DNA of 64,000 nucleotides from Massalongia carnosa (lineage: Eukaryota): assembly GCA_965645245.1 (NCBI GenBank), contig OZ287071.1, positions 2,852,001-2,916,000 of the forward strand, in the 5' to 3' direction. Below, piece by piece: positions 25,962 to 37,700 of this stretch. The translations under genes and the position numbers were made by a program. Within the stretch, counting starts at the first letter, position 1. Every line of letters begins with the position of its first letter. Under the pieces are notes generated by a model. It was not told the origin of the DNA and did no database searches. It was given only the letters and a program-made list of their open reading frames with translations.

Positions 25962-26433
25962 TGTCATGAAATCGAACCAACCGGATCCAGAATCAATCCC
26001 GCAGATGAATCTGACTAAGCTCCCATTCCTCTATTCAGCTTAGTCAGAATCCCATTAACTAAATCGAGTTTAGACCCCTCTCAACGGCTTCAGGTCAAAG
26101 CTGTACTATCACCATCAAAGCATACCAACGACAGGAGAACCTTATCTCTACCTTTTATCGTCAAACACCTCGTCAAACCTTTGTGCCGTACGTCTCCTAA
26201 TAAGGGGAGATAAACACTGATCGAATATTCATGCAAAGGGGTTCGAGACAAATATAAAGGAAGTACAAGTTAATTAGATAGTTGACTCCTTGTCCGACGA
26301 CTTGTATAGCAATCTATCACCTAGCTATAGCCTTATTAATAAAGACATCTTGATCACCCAATCCAATTCTTAGGAATTAGTCAGATTTATCTGCGGGATT
26401 TATTCTGGATCGGGTTGGTTCGATTTCATGACA
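25962..26433 (+). mobile_element. Aberrant solo LTR of the gypsy-B family with 57-bp terminal inverted repeats
   Basis: 25962-26376 follows the LTR, and 26377-26433 is the reverse complement of the LTR start. TSD TAGTC. Confidence 0.92.
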
Positions 26434-27222
26434 TAGTCGACCATTGGACCAATTCGCGGGTCCTCCCGATATCTCGATGATGGCAATGTAATAATAAAAG
26501 TATGTATGACCGTGATGTTCCTCAGTATTCAGCTCACTAAACCTTAATTTTTCAGGATTCGATCACTTAGTTAATTTGCAGGGTCCAACCTCAGTAAAAC
26601 TTTGTCTTAAAACCCAGGGCTAATAATCGTCGGCTCGCTTAGTAGGATCCGACTCGGAGACCGTCCCCCCCTAGTCGGGGAAAGCGATTTGCATCCGGAA
26701 AGCGATTTGCATCTTGTCATGAAATCGAACCAACCCGATCCAGAATCAATCCCGCAGATGAATCTGACTAAGCTCCCGTTCCTCTATTCAGCTTAGTCAG
26801 AATCTCATTAACTAAATCGAGTTTAGACCCCTCTCAACGGCTTCAGGTACCATCACCATCAAAGCGTACCAACGACAGGAGAACCTCATCTCCACCTTTT
26901 ATCGTCAAACACCTCGTCAAACCTTCGTGCCGTACGTCTCCTAATAGGGGAAGATGAACACTGATCGAATATTCATGCAAAGGGGTTCGAGACAAAATAA
27001 AAGGGAGGACAAGTTAATTAGATAGTTGACTCCTTGTCCGACGTCTTGTATAGCAATCCATCACCTAGCTATAGCCTTATTAATAAAGACATCTTGATCA
27101 CCCAATCCAATTCCTAGGAACATTAGTTCAATCCCCTGCCCAGTCCTTGACATTACGTCGGACCTACATCGAAAGGTGCCTTTCATAGCACTAGCCCTTG
27201 TCCCCCCTCATATTCCACCATC

Positions 27223-28416
27223 ATGTCTTCGTCTTCAGAAGAGATGACCGTCCCCCAAAATCCTCTCATCGACGAGAACGTGAAGTTGTTTCAAAACCAG
27301 TTCCAAACCAATCCTGAAGCATTCGTCGCGGAAATACGACGACTTCAAGACGAGGTGGCCCGGTTGCAGGCCGCCCCAGCTCCCGACCCCCCTATACCCA
27401 CTCCAGCATCAACCTCGTCTCCCTCGTTCGTTCCGGCAATGGACCCTCAGATAGCTGCCCTCCTGCAGCTCCTTTTGACCCGGAATTCCGAGTCCAAAAC
27501 CGATCTTCGTTCCGAAAAACTTCCCGACATCTCCGAGTACGATGGAGATGAAGCCAAGTTGGACTCCTGGGAACAGAGCCTGATTCAACGGATGCACGTT
27601 AATCATGATCGATACTCCACCGATGCCTCCAAGATTGCATACGCGGAGAATCGGCTCACCATCGGGAAACGAGCTCACAACCTTATGAATGCGTATCGAG
27701 TGGATGGCATTTGTAGACTCACCACCTTTTCCGAATGGCGTTCTGCTCTTCGCCTAGCCTGCGGCAACCCCTTCGAACAAGAGGATGCCCGTAAGTACCT
27801 TCGAGAAACCCTCAAGCAGGGCTCTCTGAGTTTCGAAGAGTACAACACTCTCTTCTCTCAGAAAAAAGACCGATCCAGAATGGAAGACGCTTCGTTGATT
27901 GATGCCATGAAGGCAAACATCAACTACTCCGTTCAAACCGCGGCCGTCCACTATCGAGTCCCCGGCACCAATCTGGAGCCAATCACCTTCGACGAGCACG
28001 TCGCAATGTGGTTAAGCACGGACCGGAAAATCCGTCAGATCCGTCATCTGGCACCCAAGGCCACGACTCCGGCCACAACAGCTCCCGCCAATCGAAGAAA
28101 CGGCACCAACCTTCCTGCTGCCCCTTTCCCCCGCACTGTCGTCACGGGCACGGTCACCCCATTGATCCCAACCCCCGCCTTCCCCCCAGCTGGAGACCCC
28201 ATGGAACTAAGTCAGGCCATGGCGGCTGTCAAAGGTCAGTCGTTGAAAACCGAGGGAGTAAGGAAGATCTGCGAGAATTGGAACCTGTGCTTCTATTGCA
28301 AATTGCAACACCTCGGGTCGGCCTCCGACTGTCCAAATAAGCCTACCAAACGCCTTCGCAACATGGAAGTCGTCTCGACCCTCACTCCCGAGACTGACGA
28401 CTCGGGAAACGTCTAG
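27223..28416 (+). CDS. gag: Gypsy Gag, 397 aa
   Basis: First ORF after the LTR. Motifs LKQGSLSFEEY, GDPMEL and zinc knuckle CFYC...H....DC. Confidence 0.92.
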   Translation: MSSSSEEMTVPQNPLIDENVKLFQNQFQTNPEAFVAEIRRLQDEVARLQAAPAPDPPIPTPASTSSPSFVPAMDPQIAALLQLLLTRNSESKTDLRSEKLPDISEYDGDEAKLDSWEQSLIQRMHVNHDRYSTDASKIAYAENRLTIGKRAHNLMNAYRVDGICRLTTFSEWRSALRLACGNPFEQEDARKYLRETLKQGSLSFEEYNTLFSQKKDRSRMEDASLIDAMKANINYSVQTAAVHYRVPGTNLEPITFDEHVAMWLSTDRKIRQIRHLAPKATTPATTAPANRRNGTNLPAAPFPRTVVTGTVTPLIPTPAFPPAGDPMELSQAMAAVKGQSLKTEGVRKICENWNLCFYCKLQHLGSASDCPNKPTKRLRNMEVVSTLTPETDDSGNV

Positions 28417-30030
28417 ATTCTGCGCATCGTCGCGCGCAGAGCCCTATTTTAATTTCTTCTTGTCTGTTAGCCAACTCGTTTTCTCCCCCCCTTCAATCAA
28501 ACACTCGTTTTTCCGCAGCCTCCGCTTTGGAGCTGTTTGAAACCGAAGAAGCGTTTCGAGATAGCCACCTAGTGGTATCATGTACCTTACGTTTAGGTAG
28601 ATCTCGAATTCAAGCTCTCAATCTGATTGATTGTGGTGCATCTGGCTATGCATTCATTGACAAGAAGTCTGCGCAAACTCACCAAATCCCCCTTCATCCC
28701 CTCAAATACGCCCGACGCCTTGAAGGCTTCGACGGTCAGCCGGCTCTGACTGGAAATATCACTCATGTGGCCGAGGTAATCATGGACTTAAACGGACATG
28801 TAGAAAGATTATTCCTTTTCGTAACAGGACTGAAAACCTACCCCATCGTCTTGGGACACCCGTGGTTGCGACGACATCAAGCTCTCGCTGATTTCGAGTC
28901 CAACTCTCTCTCCCTGTCTTCCTCTTTCTGCCTGGCTCATTGTAGCCCTCATCCAGTCAAGGTGAAGGCCTACACGGGCGAGAAATTGCTATCTCCTGCG
29001 GAAAGTCAGGAAGTATGGGAATCGGAAAACTACTCGTCCAATAGTCAAATCTTGTCCGAAAAACCTGTCCTGTCCGATAAAACCACGCCGCGCGATAGTA
29101 AGACAACTTCTCTCGAAAATCAGGACATCAGTCGTATCGAAAAAGCGATTGAACAGGGCGACTCACCGAAAATCCGATATCGAAGTCCCTCTTCGTATCG
29201 CACCTCCACTCAGCGACATGCTGCCCAGCAGAATCGCAATCCTCCTGTTTTGGACGTCTGTGAAATCGGCGCTCTCAACTTCAACTATCTCGGACGAAAA
29301 AAGAGTCACGAGATGTTTGCTCTCTCCTTGAAAGAAATCGATCACTTTCTCGGCCTGACTCAACCTGAACCTAAGCCTGAACCCAAACCCGAATCTCGCC
29401 TTCGTCAAGAGACTGACTGGGCACACTCGAAACCAACCTACCAACCCAACCCCCGGTCCAGCCCTAGTGAAAAGAAATATCACTTAGCCCTGTTCCGTAT
29501 GAACCAGGCTCTGACACAGTTATGTTCAGTGACCGAACCCGAACCTCAACCCTTGACACTGCAATCATCAGTGACCGCCGAAGAACTGAACGCTTATCGT
29601 GAGCGAAAGAACGTCGACCCAGCCCCCCTTCTACCCAAACAGTATCACGACTTTCTGGATGTCTTCTCCAAAAAAGAATCGGACGTCCTGCCCGAACACC
29701 GACCCTACGACCATGCCATAGAGCTAAAAGAAGGCTCTCCAATCCCGAATCAAGCTCTTTATGGCATGAGTCGAACCGAAATCGAAGAACTCCGACGCTA
29801 CCTTGATGAGTGTTGCGGAGGCTACGGATTATAGGGGTGGAAGTAGGAAACAACAGCAAAAAGTACGTGCGATGATCAAGCTGATCCAATGGCAGGCTAC
29901 TAATGATTGATTGAAAATGACTGAGGCTATCTATGGGGGCATATAGCCCATTATATACCGCTGCCTGCCTTGAGCACGATTCTCCCACTTTCTATGTGAT
30001 CGGTCAGTCAAATGCTGATATGTAAGCTCG

Positions 30031-30146
30031 TGTCAGATAGATGATGATGGGCGAAGACCTTGCTTGCTACTACAGAAAAGGGAGATGACTATATACAGAG
30101 TGACAGGGCTGAGGGCCGAGCTCGCTTAGTAATGGCCACTTTGACA
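30031..30146. mobile_element. 116-bp solo LTR inside the copia-3 3' LTR
   Basis: TGTCA..TGACA ends, TSD GCTCG, absent from the partner LTR. Confidence 0.88.
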
Positions 30147-30471
30147 GCTCGTCTTTGTCGGAGTTCCAAAGCTGACATATTTGCCTCATTATCAATCCAC
30201 TGTAGAATGTTCGAATGTCTCCTAGAATATCAGACGCGGGATGTTGATGATAAATCCCAAGGTGGCCAATCCAAATACTTCCAATAGCTAGTGCGCATTG
30301 GGGTTAGTGCCATTTTCTATAAGCAGACATCTCGGCTATCCTCAACACTCCCACTCCGAGAATGTCTGAATAACTTCATGCCCTCGCATATCCTCGACTA
30401 TCCGTGTCGTCTCCGGGGCCCGTCCCCAGGACCATGGGCCAAATGACCGATGTATGTTCCCCCCCTCATTT

Positions 30472-33400
30472 CTAACCAATAATCTCTAGTCCCAGCCCGG
30501 CTCGGAGCCGTTCAAATGTTGTCTGGGTCAATGGTTTGGTGAAAATGTCGGCTAACATGTCAGCTGTGGGAACGTAGGAAATTTGAATAAGCCCATCGTC
30601 AACGATTTCCCGAATGTAATGATACTGGACGTCAATATGCTTCGTACGGGAATGATGCTCGGGGTTCTTGATCAATGCCAGGCATCCCTGATTGTCCCCC
30701 TTCAGATCAATGGCCTTATTTGGACGGAGATGTAGTTGTGTCATCAGTCGGCCGGCCCATACTAGCTGTTTTCCTGCCTCACACATAGAGACGTATTCGG
30801 CTTCCGTACTAGATGATGAGATTGATCTTTGCTTGGCGATACGCCAGATGCAAGCCCCCCCAAATGCTTTCATGACCATTCCATGCGTCGATTTTCGGTC
30901 TAGCTTTTCATTTGCATAGTCAGAATCAGCATATGCAATTATCTTCGAGTCCGAATCTGTCCCGAAAATGAGTCCGAATTTTGACGTGGCTTTCAGGTAT
31001 CGAAAGACTCGATCCAAGGCATTTCGATGCGCATCAGTGGGGTCATGACTGTACTGACTGAGCTTTCCAATGCAGTATGCTAGGTCCGGCCGAGTGGCGG
31101 TCATCGCATACATCAGACTTCCTATTCGTCGCTGATATTCCAGCTGGTTAGTGCGTTTTTCCCCTTTTTCGGCCGAAGCCAAATGCCCTTCAATTGGGGT
31201 GGAGACAGGCCGGCATTGATCCATTTCATATTTCCGAAGAAATGATTCAATGTAGGCCGTTTGATCCATTGATATCGTTTTCTTTGCTCTGTTTCTGATG
31301 ATTCGTACACCCAGAATTGAGCGGGGCTCCCCCATGTTTCGTACCTTGAATTCCTGACCAATGAGAGCTTTTATAGCTTCAATGTCGTGGCTTTTTCGTC
31401 GTCCGAAATAAAGAATGTCGTCCACATACAGGGCAATAATGACCCTGCTGACGGGGTGGTAAAAGATGCAATTATCGGCCGAAATGACTAGGAATCCAAT
31501 ACTCATGACGAACTTCTTAAACCGTATGTTCCAGATTCGCACTGACTGCTTCAGGCCGTACAGGCCCTTTTTCAGGAGTATTGCCTTGTCGTCGCCGTCT
31601 ACCTCGAGTCCCTCAGGTATCTCCATGTAGATTTCTTCATCTAATTCGCCTATCAGGTACGCGTTTGATACGTCGGCTTGTTCTATTTCCATGTCCAGCC
31701 AGGCAGCAAAACCAATGAGAATCCTTAGTGATTCAAACCTAAGAGTGGGGGCGAATGTTTCGTTATAGTCGATCCCGAATTTTTGACTGAATCCCCTGGC
31801 TACCAGACGTGCTTTGTACCGATCAATAATCCCGTTTGCGTGTCTTTTAACCTTGAATACCCATTTGGACGTGATCAGGTCTCGACTTGGCCGTTTCACC
31901 GTCAAAAATGTACCGTTTGATAGCAGGGCATCAAGTTCTTCTTTTATGGCGATTTTCCACTTTCTCCAGTCTTTTCCATTGACCGCTTCATTGTACGAAA
32001 CGGGATCAACTGGATCATTTCGGACGGGGTCATCCCGGACAACGTCCGGGCCGTTCTGAGTCAGAAACCCTTGATCATTGTCGAAGGCATATCTGTCGTA
32101 CGGCTTCTTTTCCCTTCTTGGCCGACTCGCTGCGGCTGTAGGGGCAGGCGTTCTGCTTTTTCTTTGAGCTGGGGGTGCACTTTCAATAGACTCAGTGGCT
32201 CCCACTGGAAAATTCTCGATTTGGCCCTCGGCCTCATCTCGGCCATCATCAATGACCTCATTCTCCCCCCCTTCGTTGATGACTGGCTGACTTTCGTGAT
32301 CAGGATCAGGCTCGTAATCACTATCAGCTGTATCAATTTCCCATGTCCCAGGCTCGGTTGGAACATTCAATAACGGCCCTCCGGGCCAGTCCTCGAAGAA
32401 TTCGGGGGCCGCATGCCAGCCGATTTTCTTCGTAACGGGGTTATAGACTCGATACTGTTTCGACGAATGATAACCAACAAAAATTCCCTGAAATGACACG
32501 ACATCCATTTTATCCCTTTTTTCACTGGGGATACGGGCATGCACCAAGCATCCGTAGGTTCGTATGTGATTCAGGTCCGGTTTTCGGCCATACCAGGCCT
32601 CATACGGGGTCATTTTTCCCCCGTGAGTATTCGTTGGTAGCCGATTTCTTAAATAATTGGCTACCATCAGGGCCTCCCCCCAAAATTCTCTGGGTAATCC
32701 GGCCCATAATTGCATGGCCCTAACCATTTGCATTAGTGTCCGATTCATCCGCTCAGCGACCCCGTTTTGCTCGGGAGTGTACGGATCAGTAAATTCCATC
32801 AGAATGCCTTCATTCAAAAGGTCTTTTTTCAGAGCATGATATTCCTTGGCATTATCGCTCCTAATCAGGGCCAGTTTTTCCCCTGTCTCGGCTTCGAATT
32901 TCGCTTTGTATCGATAGAAATTCTCCCTCAGGCTTGATCTGGGCCCGAAATACACCTCTGACCGACGCGTGTAGTCGTCAATGAATGATAAAAAATACTG
33001 GGACCCCTGTAAATTCATTACTTTGTACGGGCCCCAATAGTCCGAGTATGTACGTTCCCCCCGGCGTGTGGCTTTTAATGGGGGCATTCGACTGATTATT
33101 TTCGTCATTTTGGTGTATTTGCAGGTGACGCATTTTTCGCCATCATGCTGATGCTTTATTGAATTTCCGACTCCGGTGGTCAGAAATGGGAGCTTTTCAA
33201 GCCTCCCTGGTCCGACATGACCCATTCGGGCATGCCACAAAAGATATCCGTCCCGATTCGGATTCGGAATATGCTTTTTCTTCGTCGTTATCATGTCGGT
33301 GACTAGGGCCACATCTTCTCTGGCAGGCCTCAATAAGTACGACGATCCAATCAGGACTCCCGTGGCCAGTAAGGCATCCCCTCGGGTTATTTCGACTCCA

Positions 33401-34743
33401 TTCAGACCAAAGCGGACAGAAATTCCCTTTGTCTGAAGAGCTCGTATGGACAGAAGATTGGTGTCGAGCTCGGGGACGTATAACACCTCGGTTAATCGTA
33501 TTTTCTCCCCGTTTCTCATCTGAATGAGAATATCTCCTCGACCAATTGACGAGATGACCGTTCCGTCGGCCACACGCACTGTCGTTCTAATCAACATCAT
33601 GTTGACGAATATTCCCCTATCAGGGGTCATATGTCGACTCGCTCCGGAGTCAATAACCCATTCCTTGAGTTTTTCGAGTGGGACCGCGTCATCGTTTCGA
33701 GTCACCAGGGCAAATTCTTCCTGAGCAGGGACCGCGTCCTTATTTTGAGCCATCAGGCCAAAATCTTCGACTTCGGTAGCCGCACGGGCGTATTCCGAGT
33801 CGCTTTCTTCAGATCGGGCATCATTCTCCTGGGTCAGTCGTGCTTCGTCCGATTTCTTCGTTTTTCGGCCCCGACTCCCTGATGATTTCCCCCGCCTCTT
33901 ACTATCATTGGTTTGATAAGCATTTTCATTTTTCCGCTTGTGCTCTCGGCCCTCATCCGTTTTCAATCATTGAAAACAGTCCGTTTTTATGTGGCCAGCC
34001 TTATCACAATAGAAACATTTTCCAGTGAATTTTCGGCTAGATGAGGCCTTATTAGCAATTTCCGGGGTGCTTATCTCATCTTTATTTCTTGATTCCACCT
34101 CCTTATACTTTTCTATAACCATGGTCATGGTTATTTCTCCTTTGTCTTCCAACAGGGCCCTAGCCATGGCGTACGGGGTCCCGTCAATTGAATCCATCAA
34201 TATTCGAGCTAGAAGAAACTCCGACGGTTCCTCCCCGGGTCGAATTTCGGCCATTACAGCAGCAATGGTTCGTAGCTCCGAAGCTATTTGCTCAACGGAG
34301 TCTGATGGGCCGGCTTTGTAACCACAAAGCCGTCTAGAAAGAGGTATAAGGCGTATCAGTCCGATATCCCTATGAATACGATTTAGTGTCTCCCACTGAT
34401 CGTTGGCTGTGTCCAATCGGATGATGTGTTGAAGCTGTCTGTCATCTACGGCCGTCATGATGTATGTCATGGCCGTAGCATTGTTGAATTCCCATGCTTC
34501 CAGATCACTGGGCCGAGTCTCGTCCGGGCATACTATTCGTCCAATGACGATGCTCCAGAGCTTTTTACCTATCAGGTTATTCTTCATTATCTTACTCCAT
34601 GTACGATAATTTTCCTCGGTTAGTTTGGGAACTTTAACATCCCTTACCCCTGCTCCGGACGTGATCCGACCGTCGGCCCCATCTGATCTATCCTTGACCA
34701 CGATTTCGGGGCCGGGCGTTTGTTGAGGGGTGGATGAAGACAT
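30472..34743 (-). CDS. gag-pol: copia gag-pol with a single in-frame TGA (33967-33969) after the zinc knuckle
   Basis: The 258-aa and 1164-aa ORFs abut in frame. Motifs CFYCDKAGHIKTDC, VIDSGAS, WHARMGH, QNGVAER, YVDD and MLADIFTK. Confidence 0.9.
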
Positions 34744-37700
34744 TTCGAGTCGATTTTCAGACTGTTTTTCCTATTGGCTGACCGGGCTCATAACCTGTTG
34801 CGGAGGCTACGGATTATAGGGGTGGAAGTAGGAAACAACAGCAAAAAGTACGTGCGATGATCAAGCTGATCCAATGGCAGGCTACTAATGATTGATTGAA
34901 AATGACTGAGGCTATCTATGGGGGCATATAGCCCATTATATACCGCTGCCTGCCTTGAGCACGATTCTCCCACTTTCTATGTGATCGGTCAGTCAAATGC
35001 TGATATGTAAGCTCGTCTTTGTCGGAGTTCCAAAGCTGACATATTTGCCTCATTATCAATCCACTGTAGAATGTTCGAATGTCTCCTAGAATATCAGACG
35101 CGGGATGTTGATGATAAATCCCAAGGTGGCCAATCCAAATACTTCCAATAGCTAGTGCGCATTGGGGTTAGTGCCATTTTCTATAAGCAGACATCTCGGC
35201 TATCCTCAACAATGAGAACCTGTCGAAAGGCTTCATCCGAGCTAGTAAATCCCCCGCTGCCTCCCCAGTCATGTTCGTAAAGAAGCCACGAGGAGGACTT
35301 CGCTTCTGTGTCGACTATCGAGGCCTCAATGCCATCACGATTAAGAATCGGTATCCGCTTCCCCTGATCACCGAAACCCTGAATCGCCTGAGTCGGGCTA
35401 AGATATTCACCAAGCTGGACATTATTTCAGCGTTCAATCGGCTCCGCATCAAGGAAGGAGATGAAGAACTCACCGCATTCAGAACCCGTTTTGGCCTCTT
35501 CGAATCCCTGGTCCTACCATTCGGCCTCTGTAACGGCCCCGCCTCCTTTCAACACTTCATCAATGATACTCTTCGAGAGTATCTCGACGAATTTTGCACG
35601 GCCTATCTAGATGACATTCTCATCTATAGCGAAATTGAAGGCGAGCATGAAATCCACGTCAAACGTATCCTCATCAAGCTGAGAGAAGCCGGGCTGCAAG
35701 TAGACATCACCAAATGCAAATTTCATGTCACAGAAGTTGCCTATCTCGGACTAATCGTAACCACCGAGGGAATCAAAATGGACCCCGCTAAAATCGAAAC
35801 AGTAACTCATTGGCCAATAGCGATCAATATGAATGATGTACAAAGCTTTCTGGGATTTGATAACTTCTATAGACGATTCGTATACGGCTTTAGTAAGATA
35901 GCCGGCCCACTGACGAATCTAACCAAAAAGGAGGTCAGCTTTCAATGGACTGACAAATGTCAACAGGCATTCGAAACTCTAAAAAAAGCTTTCACCTCGG
36001 AACTAATACTGATGCCGGAACTAATACTGATGCATTTCGATCCCGATCGTCCTATCATCGTGGAAACCGATGCTTCGGACTACGTCTCTGGTGGTATCCT
36101 TTCTCAGTATGACAACGAGAACGTGCTTCGCCCCATCGCATACTTCTCCAAGAAACACAACCCGGCCGAATGCAATTATGAGATCTATGACAAGGAACTC
36201 ATGGCCATCGTCCGATGCTTCGAAGAATGGAGACCGGAATTGGAAGGTTCTGCTCACCCCATCAGCGTTATCTCAGATCATAAGAATTTGGAATACTTCG
36301 CTTCAACCAAACAACTCAGTCGTCGTCAAGCTCGCTGGTCCGAATTCTTATCCCGATTTGACTTTAAAATGGTCTATCGACCCGGAAAAGCTGGTGGAAA
36401 ACCAGATGCACTGACTCGTCGCTCAGGAGACCTCCCTAAAGAGGGGAATGAAACTGATGAAAGACATAAATATCAGCATCAAACCATCCTGAAAACTCAT
36501 AACCTGGACGACGAAGTGGCGAAAAGTTTCTTATCCACGATTATCCTAGCCCCCGCGTACACCGAACCGGATCCCGAGTCCGTTGAACATGATAACGAGT
36601 TCATTGAACCTGAACCACAGCTGGATCAGCCTGCCGACCAAACCAATCCTGGCCAAGACCCGACCGACGTCCCAACTCAGCTGTTATGGGAACAAGCTCT
36701 GGAACAGGATCAATTCTCTCTGAAAGTTCTAGCCATGCTTCGCAATAATGTCAGATATCATAACGGCATTCAGCTAGCCGAATGTGAAGATAATGAAGTG
36801 ATTCTTTATTTTCGAAACCGTCGATACGTACCCAATTCGGATCGGCTCCGTCTCCGTCTCATTCAACAGGCACACGACAGCGTAGCAGGTGGCCATCCCG
36901 GTCGTTTCAAATGCTACGAACTAATGAATCGATCATACTGGTGGCCCAGTATGCATCAAACCGTCAAACGATTCATTCGTAACTGTCACACCTGTAGACG
37001 ATCCAAACCATCCCGCCAACGATACCAAGGATGGCTACGCCCTCTGTCCCCACCCGAACGTCGATGGCGTGACGTTTCCATGGACTACGTAGGTCCGCTG
37101 CCTCCGAGCACCTTCATGGGTATAACCTATCGTCATATCCTCGTCTTCATCGATCGCCTTTCCAAGATGCGACATTTCGTCCCCACCACCTCAATGGAGG
37201 TTGAAGAGGCTGCTAACTCCTTCTACCAAAATGTATGGAAATTACACGGTCTCCCAGACGCCTTGATTTCGGATCGAGGCACCCAATTCACCTCCGATTT
37301 CTGGGACATCATGTGTAAACGGCTTAGAATTGATGCTAGGCTATCAACCAGTTTTCATCCAGAGACAGATGGCCAAACCGAGAGGGCTAATGCAACCATG
37401 GAGCACTATCTTCGGGCATACGTCAATTACATGCAAGATGACTGGGCCCAGTACTAACCCGGTGCCGAATTCTCCAGCAATAACACCGACTCCTCCAGCA
37501 TTCTCGCCTCTCCCTTCCTGGCTAATTATGGACAACACCCCAGGGTAGGATTCGAACCCGAAGAGCCCCTTCCGCAAGACCTGACCGCCCAGGGAATTGC
37601 TAACCTGATCGCCGCCAATCGATTCGTAGACAAGATGCAAGACGTAGACACTCACCTACGAGAAGAGATGTTGATCGCGCAGGCCTCATACGAATCTTCC

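Larger units (their letters stand above)
29811..35211 (-). mobile_element. Full-length Ty1/copia element (copia-3) nested in gypsy-B pol
   Basis: 5' LTR 34796-35211 (416 bp); 3' LTR 29811-30347 (416 bp + 121-bp insertion). TSD ATGAG, PBS GGTTATGAGCCCGG. Confidence 0.98.
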
